From the IMG/VR virus record IMGVR_UViG_3300033148_006861, positions 1 to 52,251 of that record: a stretch of DNA of 52,251 nt, one strand, 5' to 3'. The DNA comes from a virus (lineage: Duplodnaviria > Caudoviricetes). The notes beneath the pieces were generated by a model. That model did not search any database, had not been told where the DNA came from, and saw only the letters and a program-made list of their open reading frames with translations. Each line of letters starts with the position of its first letter. Position 1 is the stretch's first letter. The position numbers and the translations under genes are program-made. Positions 45,552 to 52,251 of this stretch are shown piece after piece.

Positions 45552-47021
45552 TTATGTTATTTTTTTTCGCAAACTAATAGAAGCTGCTATTACTTTTTGC
45601 ATTTTGCCAAAACTTAAAGCCACTGCATCGGCTCTATCAGGGCTTCTTCCAAGTCGAGCTTTGATGTCGTCTTTTTTTTCAAGCTGTATTTTGCCTGACG
45701 AATTAATAAAAAATGTAATCTCATTAAGTTCTTGCTTTAAAATGTCATCAGGCGGCAGAGCTAAATCACCCCCAAATTGCGGGTCTAAAGCATCTCTAAC
45801 AGCCCAATAGCAATAAGCTCGCATATTAGCAAATTTCCTTTCGCCTGTTTTATCAGTCAACCCCTCTGCTGATTCTGAAAACTTCACGCTTACCGAGTTT
45901 ATTTTTTGCTCAATAAGGCGGGAATGCACACCAGCACCCTCGCCAATAGTGTCAATAAAATCTGCATCTTCGGGCAATTTCAATTCATTTATTATTTTGC
46001 CGGCAGTTTGCATGTGATCTTGTTTAGAGAACGATTTTAACTTTTCAACTGTGTTCCCCTTTCTAAATGCAAAAACCGTTTCATCTCTACCCATACCGGC
46101 AACATCGACACCGAGATGAAGATTACCATATCCCTTTCCATTGCGCTCATGCCACCGTTCGACAGCAGACTCAAGCCATGAAAGTGGAATTAATTTGTTT
46201 TCAGAATCTTCAACATAATCACCAATAACCTTGATAACAAAGAGGTCGTTTGGTCTGTAATATTTGCCTTCCCATTTAAAATCGTGTGAATCAGGATTGA
46301 ATGCTTCCTTATCAATCTGAATGCACCACGTTTCTATTTTATCAACCACCCAGTCATAATCAACCTGCCCGGGTATTAGAATCTTTTTTGCCCTGACATT
46401 GGGCGAATCGAGACACGAAAGATGAAATTTTTTATATCGCCGATTTTTAAAGCTCTGATAAAATTCTCCAATTGGCCTTATCGGATTTCCAACTAAGATT
46501 AATTTAGAATTTCCTGTTAAAATACCCTCTAATGCCTCAAAGGTCGTTTGTTCGATACCGCTCGCCTCAGTCACTACAACCATTAAATTTGGACTATGAT
46601 AACCCTGCCAAGCCTCTGTATCTTTTTCGGAAGATTTAAAGCCTTCTAAAAATTTATCACGTTGTTCAAATTTGATTTTATTCGTTAAGACCTCTCCGCC
46701 AAGCGGCACTCTTGCATTTCCATGAATTTTCGCAATCTCAGACATCATAATTGAGATTACTTGTCTGCCAGTCGGGGCCGTCACAACCACTTTGCAAGGG
46801 TCATTCAGGTATAAAAAGCACAACGCCGCAACCGCCCCTAAATAATCCTTGCCTACTGCATGGCCTGAACGTATGGTTACTCTATGCCAACTTTGAATAT
46901 ACTTTAGGATTTTCCTTTGATTTCTGTCAAGCCTGACACCGAGAATATCTCTTGCAAAAGCATTCCAGTCCTTTTGATATTCAACAGCATGTTTATATTT
47001 AGGTCTTATCCATCTTGCCAT
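45552..47021 (-). CDS. terL: Terminase large subunit
   Basis: RSGHAVGKD Walker A, TAPT..Q, TEASG, GNP, LGVDVA, SPDRADA. Confidence 0.93.
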   Translation of the reverse strand: MARWIRPKYKHAVEYQKDWNAFARDILGVRLDRNQRKILKYIQSWHRVTIRSGHAVGKDYLGAVAALCFLYLNDPCKVVVTAPTGRQVISIMMSEIAKIHGNARVPLGGEVLTNKIKFEQRDKFLEGFKSSEKDTEAWQGYHSPNLMVVVTEASGIEQTTFEALEGILTGNSKLILVGNPIRPIGEFYQSFKNRRYKKFHLSCLDSPNVRAKKILIPGQVDYDWVVDKIETWCIQIDKEAFNPDSHDFKWEGKYYRPNDLFVIKVIGDYVEDSENKLIPLSWLESAVERWHERNGKGYGNLHLGVDVAGMGRDETVFAFRKGNTVEKLKSFSKQDHMQTAGKIINELKLPEDADFIDTIGEGAGVHSRLIEQKINSVSVKFSESAEGLTDKTGERKFANMRAYCYWAVRDALDPQFGGDLALPPDDILKQELNEITFFINSSGKIQLEKKDDIKARLGRSPDRADAVALSFGKMQKVIAASISLRKKIT

Positions 47022-47373
47022 TTTTCTCGAATCTTAACCATTCTGCAAAGGTTGTCGGAGCTGCCACCATTCCTGAATGTTCATGCTCGAATTTTTCTAT
47101 ACCGTAACCTCTGTCTTTGCCTAAATTCATTAGGACGAACTTTATTGCCCAATCTTCCTGATTGAGCACTGCTGTTCTTAAGCCTGTTTCAGCGTCATCG
47201 ACCATGCTTTCACGCTGTTCTTGCAATGCCGTCCTGCAACACTTATATCTTTTGACATAATTCATAATTGTTGTCCGCGAGCAGCCAAGTTTTCTCGCAG
47301 CTGCCGACACATTTCCAAAATTTTGACGTATTGCTTTTAGTATATCTTCTTTTTTAAATTTTTCGGTTCTCAT
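46999..47373 (-). CDS. terS: Terminase small subunit (HTH)
   Basis: GNVSAAARKLGCSRTTI HTH; AIKFVL...GKDRGY; overlaps terL. Confidence 0.75.
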   Translation of the reverse strand: MRTEKFKKEDILKAIRQNFGNVSAAARKLGCSRTTIMNYVKRYKCCRTALQEQRESMVDDAETGLRTAVLNQEDWAIKFVLMNLGKDRGYGIEKFEHEHSGMVAAPTTFAEWLRFEKNGKMDKT

Positions 47374-47394
47374 ATTTCATCACCTACCAAGCAT

Positions 47395-47438
47395 AAAAAA
47401 AGGACAATAAGGCATTGTTAAAACACCTAATTGTCCTC
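47395..47438 (-). terminator. Terminator-like hairpin upstream of terS
   Basis: AGGACAAT...ATTGTCCT with T run on the minus strand. Confidence 0.5.
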
Positions 47439-47467
47439 CGTTTAAGATTTTTGTAACTTACACTTGT

Positions 47468-47771
47468 TTATACAAGCGGGCTATCAATATGTTAGCGGGC
47501 TGGTTGTAATCTTGCATTACCACCACCGCAATATTCACAATGCCAAACTAATCGCCAATCATTTTTACCAAAATTTTTTGGATATAGCTCTGGAACACAA
47601 TCAATACAAGCGTTTTCTTCAAACCAGTCAAAAGTAACTTTTACGATACCAGAATGTTTTCCAGATATATTTACAATTGAACCATTTGAAGTTTTATATT
47701 CTCCGTTTTGTAAATTTTCGCTGCTCATAATGACTCCTTATCTTATACAAGCGGGCTATCAATATGTTAGC
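47468..47771. repeat. Perfect 29-bp direct repeats (47468-47496, 47743-47771) flanking one ORF
   Basis: TTATACAAGCGGGCTATCAATATGTTAGC occurs twice. Confidence 0.9.
47492..47728 (-). CDS. Small Cys-containing hypothetical protein
   Basis: AAGGAG RBS; CxxC...CxxC; stop codon lies inside the repeat. Confidence 0.7.
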   Translation of the reverse strand: MSSENLQNGEYKTSNGSIVNISGKHSGIVKVTFDWFEENACIDCVPELYPKNFGKNDWRLVWHCEYCGGGNARLQPAR

Positions 47772-47826
47772 AAGCCTATAAGTATAAATTACAATAAATA
47801 CATCTAATACCGAGTTCACCTTTAAC

Positions 47827-48096
47827 TCATTTATGTTTTTTCATCGTACACGGCTTGCTAACATCGTCAATAGAATCACACCATGGGCATTTTTTTATTT
47901 CTACATCACCTTTAAAAAAAGTAAAATAATAAGGCTCTTTGCATCGGGGACATCTATGCAAAACTGCGGCTTTATTTCTTATTTTTAATTTCCAGCCAAA
48001 AGCAAGATAATAATGCACAAATGGTGTGATAACTGGATCATCAAAATTATTTTTATTCATAATTTCTTTCATTTTCTTACCAGCCCCATCCACCAT
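47827..48096 (-). CDS. Zinc-ribbon hypothetical protein
   Basis: CPRC...CPWC. Confidence 0.55.
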   Translation of the reverse strand: MVDGAGKKMKEIMNKNNFDDPVITPFVHYYLAFGWKLKIRNKAAVLHRCPRCKEPYYFTFFKGDVEIKKCPWCDSIDDVSKPCTMKKHK

Positions 48097-48165
48097 TTCG
48101 GTTGCTATAATTTTGATTTGATTTAGTTAAAGCAACCAACCCCAATACAACAAAAAATAAAATTA

Positions 48166-48393
48166 CTATTCCGAGAATAATGATTCCCATTTTTTGTCTC
48201 CTTTCAATATTTCAACCTTGTTAGTGTCAAACCCTTTTGGAGATAGTTTCACTCGCACTATCTCAGCATTTGAAAAATCTGACTTTATACCCTTCAAAGC
48301 TTTCTTTGCTTTTTGTAAAGTCAGATTATCTAAAATTATTCCACAAGGATAATACATATTTTCAATAACCCGTATACTATATTTGTACATCAA
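48166..48393 (-). CDS. Hypothetical protein
   Basis: GAGG RBS, ORF. Confidence 0.5.
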   Translation of the reverse strand: MMYKYSIRVIENMYYPCGIILDNLTLQKAKKALKGIKSDFSNAEIVRVKLSPKGFDTNKVEILKGDKKWESLFSE

Positions 48394-48465
48394 AAATTTT
48401 CCTCTTTATCTTCGTGTCCAGTTTTTTTGCTTTTCATTATATCTCCCTTGCGCTCAAAGCGCAGA

Positions 48466-49071
48466 TTAACTCAATTTCTCAAACATATCAATCGTTTGCT
48501 CTTTCATAATGGCGGCTCTGGCCTTTTCACAATATTCCTGTTCGCCGTCAACCTCAGCTTTATTCTCAAGCTTGATTCCTTCATCGAAGAAATGCTGCCA
48601 ACCTCTGCCCTTCATCCTGCCTTTGACCGTATGTTTATCTAAAGCCCAATCAAGTACTTGTCTTTTTAGCTGCGCATGCTTTTCAAAATGATAAATCAAA
48701 GCGTGATCAACAACTCTACTCTTTTTAGCTCTCGCCAACCACAAAATCGCATGAACGAAAAATAACCGCTCTGGAGCATGTTTGACATCTTCCTTTTTCT
48801 TCTGCTCGTTAAACATGCTATAAAGAGAATGAATAATTGCGGGACCGTTAGGTTCGGCAAGTCCAACATCTTCTGAACATATAATCTTCATGCGTTTCCA
48901 AGCATATTCATAGAAATTGGATTTATAAAGTTCAATGCCCCAAAATAGTGCATCTTCCTCAAGTCCACGTCTAATTGATTTCTGAAATGCGCTCGCCACC
49001 TCGCTGAAATCATATCCCGATACTGTCTGCAACGATTCTCTTACGCCTGTTTTCTTGTTATAGTAGTTCAT
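48466..49071 (-). CDS. Stand-alone RarA/MgsA C-terminal-like domain protein (no AAA ATPase)
   Basis: SAFQKSIRRG, ALFW, SEDVGLA, LARAKKSR, ALDKHT..GR. Confidence 0.8.
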   Translation of the reverse strand: MNYYNKKTGVRESLQTVSGYDFSEVASAFQKSIRRGLEEDALFWGIELYKSNFYEYAWKRMKIICSEDVGLAEPNGPAIIHSLYSMFNEQKKKEDVKHAPERLFFVHAILWLARAKKSRVVDHALIYHFEKHAQLKRQVLDWALDKHTVKGRMKGRGWQHFFDEGIKLENKAEVDGEQEYCEKARAAIMKEQTIDMFEKLS

Positions 49072-49089
49072 AATTATACTCCGTTTTGT

Positions 49090-49845
49090 TTAAAAAGGTA
49101 AACTCATTATTCGCTCATAAGGGTGTGACTTTTTGCCCCTTGTTCGCTTTTTGGGTCTTATTGCGCTCCCAAAATATTTTCTTAAAAATTCAGTGGCTTG
49201 TTTTTCCTTTTCAACATTTCTAAACTTTGCCAACCCGCCAATGTTTTTAAATGTTTTCCTTTGTTTAAAACCATACCGTTCGTCAACAAAAATATATCTG
49301 TGATGAAAAGCATTAAGCAAACTGACCCAGTAATCCTCAACCAATTCCGCCTCTTTAACGAAATACAATTTGCTGCCTTTTAATAAACCCATCGCGCAAC
49401 CAGTGACATACCCAGTGAGGCGAAAAGGCTTTAAGCTTGTGAAATTCCTCATATCAGCACCGAATTGGAAGCCAAATAAATAAGCTCCGATTTCTTTAGT
49501 CATTTCGGCGGTTCTCTGGATAATTAATTTTGCTGTTTTCGGATCAATAAAGCAACCATATTCAACGAGTTCATTTTTATTAATTGGCGGCAAATAGGTT
49601 CGATACATCGCGGTAACGTCGTCATCAATCATAAAGACATTTCCGAAATGCTCATAAATCCATTGCCGTTTTAAGGCCAGCCCGACAACATCGTTTGGAT
49701 GGGTGACAATCTCATGCTCTGGATTAGATTCTTTATACTCGGATTCGTGGGCCTCGGGTACACAAATAATAGCATCTAAGACCGCTCGCTTTGCAATCAC
49801 TTTATCGGGTCTTTTATGGCTCGGTATTACGATCTTGATGTCCAT
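49090..49845 (-). CDS. TAGT/GREB1-like GT-A glycosyltransferase
   Basis: IVIPSHKR, KRQWI, MIDDD, EDYW, N.GG motifs; start MDIKIV. Confidence 0.75.
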   Translation of the reverse strand: MDIKIVIPSHKRPDKVIAKRAVLDAIICVPEAHESEYKESNPEHEIVTHPNDVVGLALKRQWIYEHFGNVFMIDDDVTAMYRTYLPPINKNELVEYGCFIDPKTAKLIIQRTAEMTKEIGAYLFGFQFGADMRNFTSLKPFRLTGYVTGCAMGLLKGSKLYFVKEAELVEDYWVSLLNAFHHRYIFVDERYGFKQRKTFKNIGGLAKFRNVEKEKQATEFLRKYFGSAIRPKKRTRGKKSHPYERIMSLPF

Positions 49846-50100
49846 AATTCCATAAACTCCGCAAATGTGAGAACCCGCCCAGTTCCTATTTTTTGTTGTT
49901 TGTAACACTTTTCCTTTTTCAGTTTCAGAATCTCAATTAATTATGTCCAGTCTATTTGATTATCACAGAAAATAATGACATAATTGTATTGTTCTGAAAA
50001 CTGCGGCACAATAGGAAACACCGGCTCTTGATTATCTTCAAACCTTCCCCGCGCTTCTTCAATGAATTTTTGTAGAGCTTCTTTTTCAATGACATAGCTT
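49827..50100 (-). pseudogene. Remnant of the upstream partner gene (C-terminal fragment with internal stop)
   Basis: EPVFPIVPQFSEQYNYVIIFCDNQIDWT*LIEILKL...IGTGRVL; TAA at 49941-49943; no start codon. Confidence 0.6.
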
Positions 50101-50116
50101 CTAAGTATTAAAATTT

Positions 50117-50158
50117 AGCAGGCAGAGTCTAAACGGAGGAGAAAAAACTCTGCCTGCT
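50117..50158 (-). terminator. Hairpin after spoVG-like gene
   Basis: AGCAGGCAGAGT/ACTCTGCCTGCT. Confidence 0.5.
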
Positions 50159-50164
50159 TTGGAC

Positions 50165-50425
50165 TCAGGCTTGGCCATTAATCACCTGAGTATATTCATC
50201 AAAGATTTTTTGTTCGAGCTTTTTCCTGAAAGCTCGATTTATTGGATAAGCTACATCTAAATAAGCACCATTATGCTTTCGTGTTGGCATAACAAGCAAT
50301 AACCCTTTAGCACATTGAATAATTTTCATTCCTTTTACAGCGAATGAATTATCAAACACAACATTCACGAAAGCTTTAAGTTTGCGCTTATCCCGCTTTA
50401 GGATTGTTATTTCTGTTATTTCCAT
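50165..50425 (-). CDS. spoVG: SpoVG-family nucleic-acid-binding protein
   Basis: MEITEI...LKAFVNVVFDN.F.V.GMKII...GL.VMP.RK...Y.DVAYPIN. Confidence 0.88.
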   Translation of the reverse strand: MEITEITILKRDKRKLKAFVNVVFDNSFAVKGMKIIQCAKGLLLVMPTRKHNGAYLDVAYPINRAFRKKLEQKIFDEYTQVINGQA

Positions 50426-50576
50426 CTCTGCCTCAAATTAGAATTATAAGAAGCTCTCACACAATCTCCTGAACCTGCGTCTTTTTTTTATCAGCGTTAA
50501 GCTCCATTTTAATTTGTAAATCGGGACAGTTATCTTAGACCATAGAAAAAGATAAAAGATGTCCTTTGTCTTTGCC

Positions 50577-50942
50577 TTATAAAGACTGATTCTCATTTTT
50601 CTTGCTCCTTAAATTGTTTTCTGCAATTGCTCTTTTTATCAAATTTATTGTTGCTGATGTCATTAGCTTTCTTGGAACGGTTCTAAGCACTATCCAGCCT
50701 AAAAGCTGGGCTTGATTATATTTTTCGATATCTTTTTCATAGCCATAGCCTCTAACGTGCCTGCCCTGAATCCATATACCACCCTCAACCTCAAGAGCTA
50801 TTCTCTTTTGGGGCCAAGCATAATCAAAGCGCCACCTGCGGGACGGGTGAAAGCGATATTCGGCGTCTGGTTTGGGCAAGCCCATTTGTTCAAACCAATC
50901 ACAAATTGCATTCGCTCGGCATTTCATTCCATTCTTTCCCAT
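50577..50942 (-). CDS. PD-(D/E)XK endonuclease (DUF559/Vsr-like)
   Basis: EYRFHPSRRWRFDYAWP..IALEVEGG..GRH...D.EKYN.A..LGW. Confidence 0.85.
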   Translation of the reverse strand: MGKNGMKCRANAICDWFEQMGLPKPDAEYRFHPSRRWRFDYAWPQKRIALEVEGGIWIQGRHVRGYGYEKDIEKYNQAQLLGWIVLRTVPRKLMTSATINLIKRAIAENNLRSKKNENQSL

Positions 50943-51119
50943 ATTATTAGCAAATTGTTTTTTTCTTGGTCATCTGGATTTTCAGCTACCCAAACCAATT
51001 TTGATTTTTTCCATTCAGGCGAAAACGGATAAAAAGGCTGCGGCTGCCAGATCACCGCAGCCTTATTCGCTTTCATCTATCATTTCAGATAAATGTCGCC
51101 GCTCTATCCTCAGCCACTC

Positions 51120-51641
51120 TTAGTTCACTCCTTGCAAAGATAAAAACTCGGCCAGTATCTTTGGCTCTTTGTTCTCTTTGGCCGGCAAAGCTTTTCTAAC
51201 TATCTTTCGCTCTGCCCTGTATGCTCTGATGAATTGCGCTCTTGTTGCTGTGGGATTCTGCTCATATAGAATTTCCTCACCCCAGTTTTGCAGCATCGGG
51301 AAAAGGTCGGGCCTGCCCATTTTTTCGAGCTTTTCCTTGATAATATTCAAGGTTATCCCATGCAACTCTGGGGAGTAAAATCTATTCAGCATTTCCCTTA
51401 TGATCGTATAAGCTTCCAGTGCTTCTTTTTCGCTGTCGCCTCGCAAATCTCCTGGTACAGGATATCTATTTTTGCCCGCAGTATTTACATAATCAATAGC
51501 ATTGCGATGTAACTCATCATACTCAAGGTCTTTTAATGCCTCGAAATAAAAATCAACGAAACTATCAGATATTTGTTTACCATAGATTTCGCCTAACATC
51601 GAAAGCAATTGAGAAAACTTGATTCTGTCATCCGCATTCAT
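51120..51641 (-). CDS. Putative helicase loader/inhibitor-like protein
   Basis: Follows initiator; F..LL..LGEIY...FYFEAL.DL...YP.PGDL. Confidence 0.55.
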   Translation of the reverse strand: MNADDRIKFSQLLSMLGEIYGKQISDSFVDFYFEALKDLEYDELHRNAIDYVNTAGKNRYPVPGDLRGDSEKEALEAYTIIREMLNRFYSPELHGITLNIIKEKLEKMGRPDLFPMLQNWGEEILYEQNPTATRAQFIRAYRAERKIVRKALPAKENKEPKILAEFLSLQGVN

Positions 51642-51645
51642 CTTT

Positions 51646-52251
51646 TTACCTCTCTTGCTGTTGTTTAAGCCATTTTTCTTTTTCCTTTGGGTGTGCTTCA
51701 AGCCAATTGAAAAAATTTAATTCGGCCAGAGACATTTTTCTCGTTCTTACTTCTTCCTGATAATCTTCCCAGCGTTCATGGCGTAACCAGCGAATCGGGT
51801 CTTCTGCAAATCCCTCAATAGCCTTGCGATCCTTCGCAAATATTTCGGCGGCTCTTATAATCCTATTGGCCATGTCGATTGTTTTGATGTGCTTTTTCCA
51901 CCAGTTAAAACACTCTTTTTTTCCTACTTTACGGCCATTGCGCTTTGGATATTTCTCCCAAAAATCTTCAAATACTGTATTAAGTAATTTATTATTATTA
52001 TTTAGCTTAATATTCTTAGCAGTATCTTTATTCTTTTCTATGTCTTTCTTTTCTTCTTTGTCTTTATCTTCTTCTCTGTTCTTAATTGAGTCTTTGTCCT
52101 GGTCCTGGTCCTGGTCCTTGTCTTGCAAGTCTTTGTCAAGGGTTTCCATAGGGTTTGCTAAGGGTTTGCTAAGGGTTTCCATAGGGTTTGCTAAGGGTTT
52201 GCTAAGGGTTTCCATAGGGTTTGCTAAGGGTTTGCTAAGGGTTTCCATAGG
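51646..52251 (-). CDS. Replication initiator, C-terminal part
   Basis: FEDFWEKYPKR...GKKE...P.RWL...RWED; DQ/DK linker. Confidence 0.85.
   Translation of the reverse strand, partial: PMETLSKPLANPMETLSKPLANPMETLSKPLANPMETLDKDLQDKDQDQDQDKDSIKNREEDKDKEEKKDIEKNKDTAKNIKLNNNNKLLNTVFEDFWEKYPKRNGRKVGKKECFNWWKKHIKTIDMANRIIRAAEIFAKDRKAIEGFAEDPIRWLRHERWEDYQEEVRTRKMSLAELNFFNWLEAHPKEKEKWLKQQQER
52139..52251. repeat. Tandem 33-bp iteron repeats; 52160-52251 identical to 1-92
   Basis: Directly visible. Confidence 0.9.

Larger units (their letters stand above)
1..52251. mobile_element. Complete temperate tailed phage genome (siphovirus-like), circular/excised form
   Basis: Terminase, portal, capsid, tail tube, tape measure, integrase, repressor and replication genes all present; 92-bp terminal identity; intact attP-like site next to the integrase; no host housekeeping genes. 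Confidence 0.93.

Noticed and set aside
47468-47771. 29-bp repeats as Xer/dif sites or a mini-CRISPR
   Set aside because: Only ATATGTTAG resembles a XerD arm and no XerC arm is present; two copies separated by a 246-bp gene-bearing segment; no cas genes
49941-49943. Stop-codon recoding suggested by an in-frame TAA
   Set aside because: All long genes read normally in code 11 and end in TAA/TAG/TGA; an isolated stop in a start-less fragment indicates a pseudogene or sequencing error
13064-51512. Many short opposite-strand or nested ORFs in the track over late and replication genes (e.g. 19465..19830, 35193..35609, 50712..51032; also 7..264 and 1624..1950)
   Set aside because: Shadow frames of well-supported genes, with no RBS or recognisable motifs

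Overview
The window appears to be a complete, circularisable ~52.2-kb temperate siphovirus genome. Bases 1-92 are identical to 52160-52251, so the break lies in a 33-bp tandem iteron array inside the replication-initiator gene. Modules: replication/recombination (initiator, loader-like protein, RecT, YqaJ); an early region with antisense accessory genes; a cI/RHH-type cro switch; a lysogeny accessory region containing a full integron-type cassette (GTTGGGC...attC); a tyrosine integrase with an attP carrying the 5' half of tRNA-Arg(CCG); a lysis-position region holding two secreted proteins with FlgD-Ig/T9SS-like C-termini (one a C25 gingipain-like protease) and no recognisable endolysin; tail genes with a glycosylation cassette and a -1 frameshift chaperone; a ChaB-intein-protease-scaffold-capsid polyprotein; portal and terminases; and a TAGT-glycosyltransferase/RarA-C locus. 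The secreted C-terminal domains suggest an FCB-group host (inference). The strongest candidate for an undescribed system is a structured RNA motif present four times: in the leaders of the capsid and tail-tube genes, truncated at the lysis position, and as a non-coding copy in the early region. A + strand transcript of the early copy could pair in trans with the loop and ribosome-binding site of both late leaders. All family assignments are from motif recognition, not database searches.
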